This document shows, in pieces, positions 62,160 to 64,000 of a stretch of DNA of 64,000 nucleotides. The stretch lies in NCBI GenBank assembly GCA_047967505.1, contig CM106538.1; one strand, given 5' to 3'. The notes below the pieces were generated by a model. That model searched no databases and had not been told where the DNA came from. It saw nothing but the letters and a program-made list of their open reading frames with translations. Every line of letters starts with the position of its first letter. The stretch's first letter is position 1. Position numbers and translations under genes: made by a program. This DNA comes from Dipteris shenzhenensis (taxonomy: Eukaryota).

Positions 62160-64000
62160 GGGGTGCATCAGGGTGAGACTTCAGCAAGACGAAGCAGAAA
62201 GCCTTTGCCTCGGTGGTGAAGAGGTGGAACGTGGAGGTCATCCTCCTACAAGAGATCAAGACAGGTTCTGATAATAATCCTTGGATGGCTCTAAATTTAC
62301 TGGAATTTTCCTCCTTAATCAACTGCCTATCCAGAGGCAGGGGCGGGGTCGCCATTCTGTATCGACCCTTGGTCGCGTGTACTGAGATCGGTCGTTATGA
62401 TATGGGGTCCTTGTTAGCTGTGGAAGTCTCTTACAAGGGGTTCGTCTTCAAGATAGCAAATATCTAGGCTCCGAATGTCTGCACTGAGAGGGGAGAGTTG
62501 TGGAATCTGATGGGAGAAAAGCTATTAGGGGAGAGGTGGTTGTTGGGGGGGGACTGGAACATGGTGGATCGCCCAAAAGATAGATCGGTGCAGTCGAGTG
62601 GGATCCTAGGAGGTGAGGCGGAAGACTGGGATTCCTTGGTGCTAAACAAAGGCCTGGTGGATTGCAGGGAGTTAGATCCGGATGCTCTCTTCGGGTTCAC
62701 TTGGTATAACAAGAGGAAAGGAGAGGAGCTCTGTGCCGGTAGACTCGACAGGTTCTATGTCTCCAAGGAGACCTGCGTGCGCATGCAGGTCTTTCCGATC
62801 ACATCCCTACGTGCCCTTTAAGCTGGACAAACGGCAACTGGCCTATGATCGATTCTGTGTGGAGGTGAGTAGAACCTGGAAGTCCGCCACTAAGGGGTCC
62901 CAGGACCCTATGCTCAAGTGGGATATGGCCATCAAGGCTGTGATGCAGGTGGCTAAAGAGTGTGATAAGCAGAAAAGAAGGTGGGTACATACCATGTCTA
63001 GGCAGGTAAGCAGGTAAGTGCGTGTTGGGAAAGCTTGAAGAGAGCAGTTGACGAAAGCCCGACAGACTCGTACCTGGCTACATTGATGTTCGAGGCTGAA
63101 GAGGTCCTAAGAAAGGTCAAGCTGGAGAAGGCAGAAAAGGCCAGACTTCAAAGTAGGCTGACCTAGTTACAGCATTATGACTGCCCCTCCAAAGTCTTCC
63201 TCCAGGCAGTTAAGAAAAAGCAGACCAGGGAAAGCATCGACAGAGTCGTGGACAAAGAAAGCAACCTTGTCACTGAATATTGGCACATCGCTCAAGTATT
63301 CCTTCAAGAGCTGTCTAGTATAGTGGGGGAACAGGCCATCTCGGTCCAGTCCTGGCAGCATAGGTCCCAAGAGTTCCTAAGCCAAGTGAACTCTTAGCTG
63401 TCGGGGGCCGACAAGGCTAGTTTAAGCAGACCGTTCTCTGTGGAGGAGCTTAAGGAAGCTTTGGACTACCTCGAAAACGAGAAGGCACCTGGCCCAGATG
63501 GCTTGCCAACTCAATTTTTTCAGGCCTTCTGGGAAGTAATTAAATTGGATTATACAGCCATGGTTCAGCAGGCTGTTCGCTGTGGCTCCCTCTCCATTGG
63601 GCTTAGTAAAGCTCTTTCCCAAAAAGCATTCCAAGCTCCGAGCAGGTGATTGGCGCCCCATCACCCTACTGAACACGTCCTATAAGATCCTGGCTAAGGC
63701 CATCACCCTCAGAATAAGGGACTTGTGCTCAAGAGTGGTAGACAAGGAGCAGAACGGGTTCATTAAGGGGAGAGACATTTTCAAGAACATCTTGACTGTC
63801 ACCACAGCTTTAGACTGCGCACAACAGACGGGGAAGAAGACCTTGCTCCTTGGCTTCAATTTTGACAAGGCGTATAACCGTGAGAGGTGGGACTTTATGC
63901 TCTGTGTCCTGAGAAAGCTTGGGTTCGGGACAGTGTTCTGTGGTTTTGTGCAGACACTGTTTGGCAATGCATCTGCTGTGATGCGTTTGAATGGAGGAGC
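62160..64000 (+). mobile_element. L1-like LINE ORF2 (APE endonuclease + RT), degenerate, runs off the window
   Basis: ILLQEIK, GRGGVAIL, WLLGGDWN, FTW..RLDRFYV; KAPGPDGLPTQFFQAFW, WRPITLLNTSYKILAKAI, EQNGFIKGR, FDKAY; stops and deletions. Confidence 0.93.

Overview
Eukaryotic, transposon-dominated plant genomic DNA, probably a non-seed land plant such as a fern (inferred from the PLS-type PPR relic and the transposase families). Host genes: one intact universal-stress-protein ORF (PHOS32/34-like, 39974-40615, minus) and the last four exons of a GH1 beta-glucosidase-like gene (60830-61743, minus). In the GH1 gene the nucleophile motif reads ITALG instead of ITENG, yet splice sites and frame are intact. 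The rest is a TE nest: two LTR-bounded Ty3/gypsy elements with TSDs (31703-39031 and 52511-58802, the latter with CG..CA ends), a decayed gypsy, a decayed copia with an inverted duplication, three LINE fragments, two CACTA transposase relics, a GCM-like/MULE-like transposase, a Sola2-like transposase next to a spliced ParB-like (DGNH) gene, a TRIM-like structure, two hairpins, several minisatellites and many short tandem duplications. The 43.8-52.5 kb block is a scrambled paralog of 14.9-24.3 kb. All family assignments come from manual motif reading; no database search was run.
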